DNA of 64,000 nucleotides. Source: Podarcis pityusensis. Taxonomy: Eukaryota. Shown here in pieces: positions 49,370 through 62,744 of this stretch. Where the stretch lies: assembly GCA_964106645.2 (NCBI GenBank), contig OZ067043.1, one strand, 5' to 3'. The notes under the pieces are model-generated. The model was not told the DNA's origin and did no database searches. It saw only the letters and a list, made by a program, of their open reading frames with translations. The position numbers and the translations under genes are program-made. Every line of letters begins with the position of its first letter. Position 1 is the first letter of the stretch.

Positions 49370-49741
49370 TTTTTTTAAAAAAAATAATATTTATTGATTT
49401 TCCAACCATTTAAACACAATAAAACAGAAAGACAAAAAAGGAAAAGGAAAAGCAAAAGCAAAAAAAAAGGAAAGGAAAGAACATAAGATTAACAAAACAA
49501 GACACAAACCATTTAAAACACAAAACAATTTCGATATCTTAACTTTCATTCCCTTATTTCCACGACCTCCTCACACCTCCCTTTTTGTATTCCACTTCTA
49601 TTAATTGTTTCAGCAATTCCTTTCCATCTTCCTCTGTTTTCTATCCTATAATTATCTTAACATATTCTAATCTTATATTTCCCTTTAATACTCTATTAAT
49701 CTATTTATACTTAATTCCTTATAACATTTCTGGTTTGTTAG
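49370..49741 (-). mobile_element. L1-like LINE 3' UTR fragment
   Basis: AATAAA and A-rich end on the minus strand; 22-bp TSD aaatgttctggtttgtttttgg at 49348-49369 and 49742-49763. Confidence 0.75.
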
Positions 49742-50910
49742 AAATGTTCTGGTTTGTTTTTGGACCAGTTTCATTGCACTGTAGCCTCTCTAGATAGCAG
49801 TATTGTGATAGCAATGGAGAAGCACTGGACACCAGACTAAAGCAGAATAAATCCTCCACTACTATTATTGTGGGAAGGCCATGTTGCAGAGTACACTCAC
49901 AATAAAATAGCAACCTGTGGGGGGGCACAGGGGTGCAAATAGGCATAGCTGGTGGGAAGAGCCACTGTTGAAGGGGCAAAGTGTGAAAGCTTCCCTTCCC
50001 ATGCCATGGTTTTGGGGGACCCTATACCAGCCATTTTAAAAACTAATTGCTATGTGAGTGACATGTCATGTCCAATTTGACCCTTAGACTGTCCTTTGCC
50101 TTTATGTAACCATGGCTTCCCACTTCCACAATACCATACAAACTGAGAAAAAGTCACCTGAAGGACAAGAATTCCACTCCTGTTTTACTGGAAGTCAAAT
50201 ATATGGGCTGTTTACATGGGCATGCCTTAAAATAGTTCAGCAGCTGTTTTGAAAGATGTACAGACATAATTTTGGATGGTGGTTTCTCCTGGTAACGGAC
50301 CATTATCAAGGCTGGTATATATATAAAAAATAAATTCTCCCAAGATTGTTGATCCAGCCCTGCCAGACCTAAAGTAACATCGGAATCTTTAAATCCTAGA
50401 GCAGCCATGATGGAATGAAATGGATATAGTAGTGAAGGGCATGGGGGGAGGAAAATCCAACCTCCGAGAAAACAAGGAAAGCGCTTGTGAGTCAAAAGCG
50501 ACTCCTTTGAGGTACTTCTTGGGAGGTGGAAATGCTAATCTCCGGGCACAGCTCCTTATGTCACAAAGGCTGCTAGTCCTACTCAGAGTAGACCCAAGGA
50601 AATTAATGAATATGACTAACCTGGGTCCATTAATTTCAATGGTTATATAATCTGAGCAAAATGTAGCTGGTTACAACCCCTAGGCCTATTTCTGATCAAC
50701 ATAAGATGTAAATGTCCAGACATCCAAGTACTTCTTATATATCTTTCCTGTTGTTTTGCTTTCTCCACCTTCCTTCCTCTTCTTAAAAAAAAATATATCT
50801 GACAAATGAAGGCAAATAAAGATTTTGGATTGTTCTTCCACCTGCTGTCATGTGTTGCTTTATAATGATGTTTTCAGCCTTACTTAGGTTTCAAAATCTC
50901 TCACACAAAG

Positions 50911-50978
50911 TTGTTGTTGTTTAGTCATTTAGTCGTGTCCGACTCTTCGTGACCCCATGGACCAGAGCACGCCAGGCA
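50911..50978 (-). mobile_element. BovB 3' tip
   Basis: 11-bp TSD ctcacacaaag at 50900-50910 and 50979-50989; (CAA)n tail. Confidence 0.88.
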
Positions 50979-51153
50979 CTCACACAAAGACTATTCAAAT
51001 AATTCTAGCTATGTTCTCCTTTAGTTCTATATTTGAAACAGGAAATGTTTGGCTATTGTTTTTGAAACAAGTGTGTGCCCAGGAAAGCTTCTGTACAAGA
51101 CATCCAATAGGTGGAATGGGTAGACTAGAAAAGGAAAGTTCGTCTGGCTACCT

Positions 51154-51400
51154 TTGTTGTTGTTGTTTAGTCATTTAGTCGTTTCCAACTCTTCGTGACC
51201 CCATGGACCAGAGCACGCCAAGCACTCCTGTCTTCCACTGCCTCCCGCAGTTTGGTCAGACTCATGTTTGTAGCTTCGAGAACACTGTCCAACCATCTCA
51301 TCCTCTGTCGTCCCCTTCTCCTTGTGCCCTCCATCTTTCCCAACATCAGGGTCTTTTCCAGGGAGTCTTCTCTTCTCATGAGGTGGCCAAAGTATTGGAG
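51154..51400 (-). mobile_element. BovB LINE 3' fragment
   Basis: MRREDSLEKTLMLGKMEGTRRRGRQRMRWLD...WRALVHGVTKS is the BovB ORF C-terminus; TSD tggctacct at 51145-51153 and 51409-51417. Confidence 0.92.
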
Positions 51401-52041
51401 ACATAAATTGGCTACCTAGACATAAATTAATGGTTAGACATGTCCTTGCCATGACCCCAATGGAAAAATATCAGCCAGTGGGCATGGGATAGCTTCCCAG
51501 AATTCAGTGTGTTTTGAGAAAAAAGGGAATGAAGGGAAATCTTAATGTAAATTATCCTGAAAGGTATCCTGCATTAGGAAAGAAGCTGGTTAGCACAGAA
51601 GTTAGTACAGGATTATACTTTCAGCAGTCCTGCATTAAACCTTCTTCCTAAACATACATTCTAATGAAAGTGAGATTTAGTCAGTAGTCAAAGGGCTCAT
51701 ATCCATAGTACTTTTTAAAAGTGCCTAGTTTATTATTACAATTACCTTCCTCTGCTTATTTCAAACACGGTGGCTTTTAACTGTGGGAGCTAAGCACCAG
51801 CTTGCACAACCTGCTGTTCAAACCCACACCCACCCACTCACACTCCAGAGTCCTAATGAATCCAAATACACAGCCACCAAAAAAAAGCTTTTAATGGTGT
51901 TTGATGTTTTAAGGAGAAACGGATAGCACTGCAGCACAAATGGGAGGAAGAAAAGATTGGAAGACATGTGGAATGGAAAACCACACCTACAACGCTGAGG
52001 ACTTCTCCCAGAATTCATGCCATGCTGTTGGAAATACAGTA

Positions 52042-52277
52042 CAGTGGTACCTCAGGTTACAAACTTAATTCATTCTGGAGGTCTGTTCTTAACCCAAAAC
52101 CGTTCTTAACCTGAGGTGCGCTTTCGCTAATGGGGCCTCCCACTGCCGCCAGCGCACAATTTCCATTCTTCTCATCCTGGAGCAAAGTTCTCAACCCGAG
52201 GTACTACTTCCAGGTTAGCGGAGTTTGTAACCTGAAGTGTTTGTAACCCAAAGCATTTGTAACCCAGGGTACCACTG
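52042..52277 (-). mobile_element. Tigger/pogo-like MITE (inverted relative to the 37954 copy)
   Basis: TIRs cagtggtacc / ggtaccactg. Confidence 0.85.
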
Positions 52278-54529
52278 TGTCTGAAATCCAACAAAATGGT
52301 GCAATGGAGAGACCTGGTGGGGTTTTGTTCCAAAGAATCATAGCCTTTCCAGGATTAATGAAGCATTACCACATGCCCTAAGATGCCCTAAATTATTACA
52401 CAGAATTTATATGCTATAAGAGATGCACATGATATGGATAGCTTAGGGAATTTTCAGAAGGCGGTGGTTTGTCCTGGATCTTCAGCAAGTAAACTGAGGA
52501 AAAAAGCTCAACAAGTTAGGGGTCTCCCAGCCAAAAAACAAAAAAGATCAACAACTTTTTTGAACTTCGGCAACCCTAAGATAGATGGGTCTTTTGTTAT
52601 TAACTGAAACAAGGGCTGCTCTGTAGATGGTTCTATCTTGCATTTATACCTTGTTCTGGAAATTTGATTTAAAGAAAGCATATGCACCTGTCCATAATTA
52701 AATAATTAATGGTGCAATCCTATACTGAAGATCCATCAGCTGAGGGCCTATAGAAATCAGTGGAATGTCAACTGTGCCCCCCACCATGACAGAGAAAGTG
52801 GCCGAACACCTCAGATTTGCTGACAAACCCATTCTGCTTCTGAAGATACACTGATGGATCTAGCAATTATTTTTCACCCATTTGTTTTCCCTCTCCAGGC
52901 CAAGTACACCTTGATTACAGTAGCTTAGCTTCCATGTCATGTGAAGCCATGGTTTGTTTTAAAGCATGGCTTAATTGTGATGTGCCTCACCTCCCCTACC
53001 CCCAAACTGTGTTTTACTTGTTTAAAATAAACCACATGTGGTAAGCCAGTAATAAGACAAAGGACTTGTGCAGCAGAGCAGAAGGCATGTTCGTGATTAA
53101 GTCCAAGTTTGGCTTAGCAAGACATGCAAACAAGACATTCCATTGGCCTAGCAGCTGTGTGTCTCTGGTACTGGCATAATGTGAGAATAGGATTGCTCAC
53201 TCAGTTCATTAGGTCATATACAGTTTGGTTTATACAATCTTAAGGTTGCCTCCAGATTACTTGATTATTCAGAATTCATCCTGATTCATTCATAGAATTA
53301 TTTGCAGAGAAGTTAAACTATGGTGGTTATTTACTGAGAATTCATTCTGATTGTTAGGTGGGACTCTGCCAGAGAGGTTGCATCAAGCATTGTTCTTCCA
53401 TGCTTTCCAGTGTATATTCCTGTCATTTTCCTTATTGCAAAAAGTCTGGTTTGGAAGAGGGGCCTTGTGCTAGTGCACCAAATCAACTTTAATTGTGCAA
53501 CCTCAGTTTGGCAGTACAGTATGTAACTGAATCCACTTGAAAATAACAACAACCGGGAAGTGCCGTTATTGTGTGAGATTGCACAGTGGTAGAGTAGCAA
53601 TACTCGTTCTGAGCCACACATAGTCCCCTTATTAATAAAACACATCTCACCTAGGAAAAAGTTGCGAAGTTCGGAATAGGTTGCAGGTGCCTTTAAAAAA
53701 TCTTCTTGCTGAATTCCTTGTAAATTGTTTTCTGTTTTAAAACCTATTTAAAACCCACATGAGTCACACTTATTCAACATTGTTCCACTCACAACCCCAA
53801 CTCCCAGATGGAGCTGAACTCCCATATGTGAAATTATAGATCTGGTCTATGGTTTCCTATAATAACTTTATGAATCACTGCTATTCATGGCCTTGGAACC
53901 AAAGCACAACACTAACTCAGAAGCCAACCAATTACAGCACAATTTTTTAATATAAGAAATGCTGTGGCATTACAAAGAAAACTAACTTCACTTCTGCCAT
54001 AACTTTTGTTATATGTTGTTCAATAAAAATTACCCAGGGTAATGAATGGCATGGTAAACCTTTACCGACTCCACCTGCAGGTAAGGGCTGATTCATACCT
54101 ATGTAATGTCCCCATGAACGGACCTAGCCCCCATGAAGCTGAATAATATATATATGTTTAAAACAATCAATGGTGTTTAAGATTACGTGAGATGCTATTA
54201 AGGCTCAGCCTGTTGCTGTTTCATAGGTCGTTGTTTCACCTATGAAAGTCATCCTGTTGGACAATGAATTCATGCTGTGATGAGTTTGCTAGCTACATCA
54301 CAGAGAATCTTATTATTACTCAGAAAGAAAAGAAGACAAACAACTGCATTGTCGATTTGGAGTGAAAACGGAGAAGATTGCATGGGACACGGTAAGCAAT
54401 GACTTGCTACATCATTGAACTAGGACTGGGTGAGCACATGAGAAGTGTGTTGGCTGATCTAGAGCAACTGTGACACTGGAGGCAAAACATAGCCTCCATC
54501 GTGGCAAGTAGCAAACTTATCCTACATGG

Positions 54530-54600
54530 TCAAAACAAATAAATAAATTTATTTATTCATTTTGACTGCATCAGGCCAACATGGCTACCTACCTGAATCT
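54530..54600 (+). mobile_element. Penelope-like fold-back mini-insertion
   Basis: 14-bp TSD cttatcctacatgg; terminal ccaacatggctacctacctg motif shared with 56349-56496; AT-rich hairpin. Confidence 0.65.
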
Positions 54601-56348
54601 CTTATCCTACATGGATTTGTCTAATCTTCTTTTGAAGCCATCTTTTGAAGCCTCCTATAAGATCAAATTCCATCATATTTTCTTTTTATCTGTCCTGAAA
54701 TTTCCATCCTGCTTGTGTCGTTTTAGTCCATTCGTTTTAATATTTGCTCGCTTTGGCTTTTGGTTCTGTCTCTACAATGACCACACATATGCAGAAATAG
54801 ACTGCAACCTCCTGGATGTAAAGCATTGCCACCACTGAGCTACAGCTTGCACTACTAAGGTCTTGTTGCCCTTGACAGAAACTCATATAAAGAGACCTTC
54901 CAGCTTTCCTTGCTTTTAAGAGCTTGCTATCCTCTGTTTCATTATTCAGACCCATAGCTTTGATTTCTCTATTATTATATCCCCAGTTATTCAATTAGCA
55001 GGAAGACTTTTCCTTTGTGCTTCCAGTAGCAAAGAGAAAATAAATGGTATGCTCTGTATGAGGCATACACCACTTCTCTATAACATTAAAAGGAACAAAA
55101 AGCCAGTTGTTCTGAAGGTCTGTTAATGCAAGAGGACATCTCTTGCTAATGAAAAGCAGAAAGATGCAGTCCACTGTGTAGAATAAATCTGAGTCATCAA
55201 CGCTACTGGCTCTGGGTTTCCAGCAAGGGAGCGTTTAACGAACCAGTGCTTTTCTGTTTATGAGGTCATTTCCAAGACCTTGTGTTTGTATTGCATGCTT
55301 ACTGCAACACCTTTATGGTCTTATCTGTGATATACAGAATTTCAGTACTAAATGCAATGGTCAATCAACCACACTATGTATGATAAGCTACTGTTTTATA
55401 ATGGGTTTGCTATTGCAGAGGGCCTTCTTGGTAGTGGCATAATCTGTGCACAAAATGGAGATATCAGAAAACATGGAGGAACCTTGAGGTTTGCAGAAGT
55501 CCCCCCCCCTCCAGAAAAAAATCCTAATTGTGGCAGGGTAGAAACCCCAGAACAGGCAATGGAGGACTGAGCATGCTCAGTGGCCATGGAATGCTAGCTG
55601 GTGATGTGGAGGGACAGAAAAGCAGGTGAGAGGGGAATGGAATGAAGTATGCTTGGAAAGGGTGTGGCCATCTTGAACAGGAGCATGGGTGAACCATGCT
55701 CGGATCCAGCAAGGCAGGTTTGCAGTGATGCTGCTGGACTACAGTTACCATCATCCCTAATTATAGGCCATGTTGGGTGGACTGATGGGAGTTGGAGTTC
55801 AACAGTATTTGGGGGTCCACAGGTTCCCCACATCTATCTTAAGAGTTGATCACCCATTATAATGAAAATATTATCAGTCTTTAAACTTCCATTGATAGAT
55901 TTTAACCTTCTATTGTCTTCAGCATTTCAGAGAAGGTGATTCTACAAGAGGACAACTTGTTGCATAGCCCAACCATTTTTACAAGTGCTCCTCCATATCT
56001 CGCAAGCCTGTTTTGCCATTGTCCAAAGCTCATTTCTTAATGTTTCTGGTTTTCTTTTCTGCAGTCTTTCAGATTTTTGGGGGGAGAAAAACAGTTATCA
56101 TCATGCTATCCCCCCCCCCCCATCTCAGTTAAATACCAGCTGTAGATTCCCCATTCCACACATTTCATCATGGCGATATAAATTAAACAATCACATGGTT
56201 ACTTTCTTTCCCCCTGACAGTCCCATGTCTGGTTTAAATCATCTGCACACACTGTGCTGTTCTTGGCCACCAACCACTAGCTATCTCTCATGAACTCGAC
56301 CCTCAGCATTAGCCAGAATGCTTACATAGAGGATAAGGTAGAGGTGCC

Positions 56349-56496
56349 AAAACAAAACAAACCAAAAATTCCTTCCAGTAGCACCTTAGAGACCAACTAA
56401 GTTTGTTACTTAGTTGGTCTCTAAGGTGATATTGGAAGGAATTTTTCTGTTTGTTTGTTTCGACTATGGCAGACCAACACAGCTACCTACCTGTAA
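56349..56496 (+). mobile_element. Penelope-like fold-back mini-insertion
   Basis: 11-bp TSD gtagaggtgcc; about 50-bp inverted repeat containing gcaccttagagaccaactaagt, which I recognise as squamate Penelope pLTR sequence. Confidence 0.75.
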
Positions 56497-57239
56497 GTAG
56501 AGGTGCCGGTTAGGTTGGGGGACCAGTAATGTAAGCTATGGAGGTGCTGAACTCAGAACCAGGCCATGACACGGAGCTTGATCCACAGTCTGTAAACCAG
56601 AAGCCCTCTGAATCACAAGCCCCAAAACTGGGAACACCTCCTGAGCCATAGTCTCCTAGAGGGGAGCTTCTCCCCTCTATACCAGGGTCCTTGTGCTCCC
56701 TAGTGCCTTCTTGCCAGTGATGGCAATGCGCAAGGCAGGAGTTGGTGGTTATGGATCACAAGACTCCAGGCCAGAGGACTGCCCCTTTAAAACTTTCCAA
56801 TCTTCAAGGTGGAGGCGGAGCCTGGGAATGGTAGTTGGCCCCAAAGGCCTCCAATGGTGTTCCTGGTCTTGTTGAAAGTAGGTTGTCTGCCTGGAACTAT
56901 CCAAGGTCCTGTACACCAGCATGACCCTACAGTACTTGCTACAACAGACTACCGGTAAATCCCTTTCAGGTATCCATTGTGGTTTGTGTGTTCCTGTTAT
57001 GATCAAGACATTCATTCATTCAAAGAATTATGCTCTCACAAGGCAGTTTACAGAATGACTTTTTGAAAAACACTTTAATTTACAATACAATATATTTATT
57101 GTCATTGTCCCATACAGAACAATGAAACTGAACTCAACAAATGCAGCAAATCACATTAATTTAAAGCTAGCAGCAACTACAAAGTTACCATGTCAGAATC
57201 TTAGCTACCATTATTAACCAAGCATAGATTAAGATAAAA

Positions 57240-57680
57240 ATGTCTTCAGAGTTCCAAAAGGCCACCACTGAAAAGGCCTGTCCCCTGGTAACAGCCAATG
57301 TAACAGCTCTTACTGTCAGGCCAGTCAGATGCTGACCATAACAGGCAGGATCATATAGCTATAAGTATCCTTCAGATAACCCTGGTTCCACACAATTTAC
57401 ATCTTTAAAGGCCAAAGCCAGCACTTAATCTGGTTCTAAAAATAGGAAGTTGAATTGGTACCATAGGATCTGAACACCTAACTCCAACAGACATTCTTAC
57501 TGCTGCATTCTGTACTAATTTGCAATTTCCAAATCATGTTCAAGGGCAACCTATTGTACAGCACATTGTGTCAATCAAGACTGGATGTAGCCAAAGAATG
57601 TGCCACTGTTACTAGGCCAACTTTCTCTGGAAAGGCTGTGGAACTAGCCTGAGTTGGAATAAAGCACTCCAAGTCATCAG
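57240..57680 (-). mobile_element. Decayed L2 ORF2 3' fragment
   Basis: Minus strand HSLATSSLD*HNVLYNRLPL resembles HALVTSRLDYCNALYVGLP; also a tctttaaagg..a..ccagcac motif. Confidence 0.55.
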
Positions 57681-57799
57681 TGCCACATGAGCCTAGGACA
57701 AAATGTAGCATATCCCTGTATACATAGTGAGCACTGCCATGTCTGTTATCTGCATGGTGCATTTTGGTTTGCCAGTTCTGGGGAACTCCCACCTTTCCT

Positions 57800-57980
57800 G
57801 CAAGGAGTTCCAGGGGAAGCACACATTTTTCCTTGTCCTTTTTTATCCTTACAACAACCCTGTGCTGTAGAGATGGCTAAGAGATAATGGCTGGCCCAAA
57901 GTTAATTAGTGAGATTCATGGCTAAGTGTGGATTTGAGCCTGAGTCCCCAAACCCTAGTCTGATACCATAACCACCCTAA
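57800..57980 (-). mobile_element. Old MIR-like SINE
   Basis: ttttatccttacaacaaccctgtg...tggcccaa...ttcatggct...ggatttgagcc. Confidence 0.65.
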
Positions 57981-58243
57981 CCTCCATCACATTGGACCTA
58001 TGGAGAAATGTGTATATGTTTTTAAAGCAGATAAATATTAGTGACTCTCTCAGTGTTGGTCTTCAGGAAAACCCTAAATACTTCTCTCCACATTGCACTT
58101 TGTTGATTCTATGGTGCTGTGCTTCCATAATGGTTTTATCTGCCACTGTTAGCTTAACATTGCTTATTTTGTTATTAACTGTTTCAATAATTTTATATAG
58201 TATTCCACTGATCTTTTGATTAAAAACTATTTGACTACACTGT

Positions 58244-58419
58244 GGCTGCATACATGCCACAAATTTAAGGTTCATCATTAAAGCATTACCCCAAAGAATC
58301 CTGGGAATCCTGGTAGTTTGGTAAAGGCGCTGGGAATTGTAGCTGTGAGGGGCAAATGAAAGTTCCCAGAATTCTTTGGGAGAAGCCATGTGCTTTGAAT
58401 GTATGGTGCACATGCAGCC
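58244..58419. mobile_element. Palindromic MITE (possibly PIF/Harbinger)
   Basis: TIRs ggctgcat / atgcagcc; internal cccaaagaatcctgggaa / ttcccagaattctttggg. Confidence 0.65.
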
Positions 58420-61302
58420 TGTATCAAACCTTTACATGAATCCACCACAACCGTCAATTCATATGTTTTAAAATGTTATATATAAAATACCAGAGGTGAC
58501 TGACCTGTAGCCATCCAAGATGTTGTTGGACTACAACTTCCATCACCCCTGACCACTCACCATGTTGGCTGGGGATGATGGGAGTTGAAGTCTAACAACA
58601 TCTGGAGAGTCATGCTTTGTACCATTTTCTGGTATCATTGACACTGGGTGGGGAGACTCTTCAGGGGTTCAGGTTGGAGGTCTTCCCTAGCCCTGTTACA
58701 TGAGATTATGTATCTTAGGTGCTAGGGACTGAGTCTCAAACAAGGCATGTGCTCTGCTGCTGAGTTAAGAGCCTTCTCCTCTGAGCGTGGCCTTGTGTGG
58801 GAATTGTTGTCCAGCGCTTATCTTTGACTACTATGAAGCTACCTAGATGCAATGAAGTAACTCAACGGATGAAATTAACAGCAAGTGTATAACTCCACTG
58901 ATGCAAACTAAGTTCTGTTGATTTACACACATGTGTACATTCTCGTGCAATTAGTAGCAAGCCAATGCTCTTTTATAGTTGATGTTTGTGCCTTGGTTAT
59001 ATATATATCTCCATGAGAGAGTGGGGGAGAAGGAGAGCCTTGAATAATACATCTGTAAATAGTTCAGATATGTTTGCTCAACTAGAAATATTCATAACTG
59101 CTATTCATTGTGACAACTTAATCAGATTTATGAAATGGTTTGAAGGGTTTGAACAATCAGGGGAAATGAGAAGGAGGGAAAAAATCTTTCATATTTTTAT
59201 TGTTGTTAAAGGAAAGCGTTTCTGCTGTTGCGGGGACAATCACCGGGCTGCCACGGAAACACTTTTGCAATGACGACTGTATGTTTCAAAGCAACCCAAA
59301 AGCGTATGAATAGTGTATTCTAAGGTTCATGGTATCACATCCTTTCCTGATTTTTTCCCCCTGACCTGGTTATTCAGCAAGCAGGGAGCCCACAAAATAC
59401 GTAGGCCCAAGTGAAAATTTTTTTTGAAGTGATTCTTTGTACAACCAACCTCCCTAGGTTTACATGTCCGTAGGGCAAACTCATATGTAGGGGAAATTGT
59501 CAAAAAATAATGAATACACTTGTAATATTATTAAATTCTTGAACATGAGCAATGTCACATTTTGTGACTGAGGGTATTGGTGGGGAGGGAAAAGAAGCAG
59601 TGACGTACCCTTCCATTGTGCTTAGATCCAGCACCATGATCCACTGAATTACTGCTTTTCACACAGAGGCATGAAGGGATTTGGAGAGCAGAAAGCTGAG
59701 ATGGTTTAAACCAAGGACCACCAATCTTTTGAGGCCTGTGGGCACATTTTGAATTTTGAGCTTCTCTCTTCCTCCTCCCAGATCAAACTCTCCGCCCTGT
59801 TCCCAAGAGACAGAAAATAAAAAAGTGTACATGCACAAACACTTTGCTTTTGCAAAGGTTCTGGGTAAAAGTCAGATCAAGGAGAATTAATATGAGCCTT
59901 ATTCAGCATATGGAGCTGAAAGAGGTCGTGAGAAGGAGCAACACTCTATCAACTTCATCCGCCAACTCTATCTACTTTTCAACAGAGAAAAAGATAAGCA
60001 TCCTCACCACCTCATGTCCAAGCATTACATTCTGAGGGCTACTGAAAAGGAGGAGAAGGAAATCTTTCATCCTAAATGTCCAAGAAATCTTGCTGCCCTG
60101 CGCTGTTTCTCTCTGCCACGGAAGACAATAAAACGTGCTGAGCACATCAGTGCAAGGCTTTCATGAGCAATCTTCTTATAAATGAGTACAAATAAGGTAC
60201 ATTGGTTATAAAAACATTTATCATATGAATCAGCAGGCCACTGCTGGCTCTGTAGCAATGGTAATGGTGATAGCTTGAATAAACAAGCAGTGAAGTTGTA
60301 GCTGAAAGGTTGCTAAGATTTCAGGGGATGTAAGAAGTGCAGTAGAAATAGGCATTCTCTTGAAAGTTACAGAATCATAATACAGATTCATGTCTGTTAA
60401 CCAGTTTCCTCCACTGTATTTTTTTTGGCCAGTGTTTTAGAAAACAGATACCATTTTTGTAACCTTTTCAGTATCGTTTTTTTGTATATGCTGCAAATAC
60501 ATGTGAGAGAAACAGTTTGAATGAGACCAACAAAGGGTATTCTAAGAAATGCTATGCTTAGATGGTATGTTCATCATGTACAAATGTGGGACCAGAGATT
60601 ATAAATGCCATGGAGCCGGGTGGTGATTAATTCTTACAGTTATCCCATAAATATCTAAAAATAGCTGTTTCATTCTTTTCATCTCCTAAAATCAAAGGAA
60701 TAACATGGAATGAGGCTGTGTTTGCTCTTCTGAGGTCAAGGTTGGAAACGGAGCGGGGATCAGATTGTGTACATAATTGCTGTCCAAAGCCTGATTTATC
60801 TTTTTATTTTTGAGGGAATAAAATGTAGGCCTGGAAACTTTGCCACCTTCATTTCATGTGAAAAGTGGTGGTGGTGGGGATGTAAGAAGAAGAAGAAAAT
60901 CTATTGCAGTGACAATTTTGTCTTGTGACACTACTCTTTCTACAGACACACTTTCTTGACCAAGTGAGCAGCATTGGACACAACAAAATTTACTTCTGAA
61001 TAAACACGCTTAGTGTATATGTGAGATTAAGATTTTTATGCCCCAGTGTGCGTCACGTAACACTTGTTTACACTGAATTGCATTTGTGATTTTACTGCTC
61101 ATTCACTCACTTTTGAAGCTTTTCGCAGTCTCTTTCCTGTTAACCACCCTGAACAAAAGTGTTTCATTAAAACATTGTATTTTTAATTCTACAGTTATAA
61201 TTATAAAGCTATACAAGTTCTGCTGAAAACCTGTCATGGTAAAAGCCTCAGAAAGCGGGGGGGGGGGGGGGATAGGAAATGCAAAGGCTCCATTTTCACT
61301 GA

Positions 61303-61576
61303 GAGAAAGCCAGTGTGGTATAGTGGTTAAGAGCAGTAGACTCATAATCTGGTGAACCGGGTTCACTTCCCCGCTCCTCTACATATAGCTGCTGGGTGAC
61401 CTTGGGCTAGTCACACCTCTCTGAAGTCTCTCAGCCCCACTCACCTCACAGAGTGTTCGTTGTGGGGGAGGAAGGGAAAGGAGAATGTTAGCCGCTTTGA
61501 GACTCCTTAGGGTAGTGATAAAGCGGGATATCAAATCCAAACTCTTCTTCTTTTTCTTTTTCTTTTTCTTCTTCTC
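61303..61576 (+). mobile_element. Squam3-type SINE
   Basis: Near-identical to 19319-19579; pyrimidine tail. Confidence 0.85.
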
Positions 61577-62744
61577 TGGCATAGTTATACAGAGCTAACC
61601 TTAGCATGGGACAGGCACACTGCAAATGAGGCTTTGCCTTATCCAGCAACATTTTGGTTGTATATTTCTGTCTGCCAGGATGAACAAAAGGAAAAGGATG
61701 GAAAACTCAATGCATCCTTTAAGGTTAATGGAATACCCTCCCCAGGGAGACCTGCCCTAGCACCTACCTTTTTTGGGGGGGGAGTGCCAAGCAAAGTTGG
61801 CAAGAGTGCCAACATCTTGTCCCATTCAGCTGGCAGCAAGAGGGTTCTTTGAATTAACATCTCCAGCCTAAATGAATCACATATAGAGTTGAATATTATT
61901 CTGTCTGCTAAATGTTATCAGCCATGTGAATATGGATACCAACTATTTGACAGTGACGAAATCAATATGGGCTTCGTGTTCAAGGGCCTAGACAGATAAA
62001 TCCACCTATGGGTAAGATAATTTTTAAAAGTCAAATAAACATATTCAGACAGATGCATTACATGGCAGCAGATGTACAAACATATAAGAATATTATTAAT
62101 CACACTAGCATTTTAATAGCTGAAGAGAGATGTAGGATGGCACATATGTTGTATCCTATCACTGGCATGGTAACGTGGCTCTCTTCCTGGTGGAAAGCAG
62201 AAGGGGATTGATAGCAATATGGTTCATTGCTTTTTCATTAGCTGATATGCTCAATACATCCAGGTGTTTGAATTGTCTGCCTGTAGAACATTCATAATTG
62301 GAAAAATCTAGGACTGAACAGGTTCAAAATGTTGCTGCAGAGTAACAGTTGTATTTAACATTTCATCAAATTAATTACTAGCACTTTGGAGCTCTTTAGA
62401 AGGTCACATAAATCATAACTAGATAGGTCACTGGTGGCAAAATAACATTCCCAAGAATAATGGAAAAGGAGATTTATAGAAAATAAAGCACAACAGTTCT
62501 TGGGTTTGAACAAACTAACTTGAAACCACCACCATCCAGTATATATGAATAGCAGAATAGGGGAGCCTGAAGTTGCCTAAATCTGTGGCACCATCCATGC
62601 AAAAGAGGGGTAAACACTGGTAAACACGGGGAGAGGGAATAGAATGGCTGGCTGGTACCCTGAACAGGAATACTCCACACTGCAACATTTTGTTGCAGGA
62701 CTCTTTAGAATCAAGGAAATTGCATGATTGCTATTCTCCAACTA

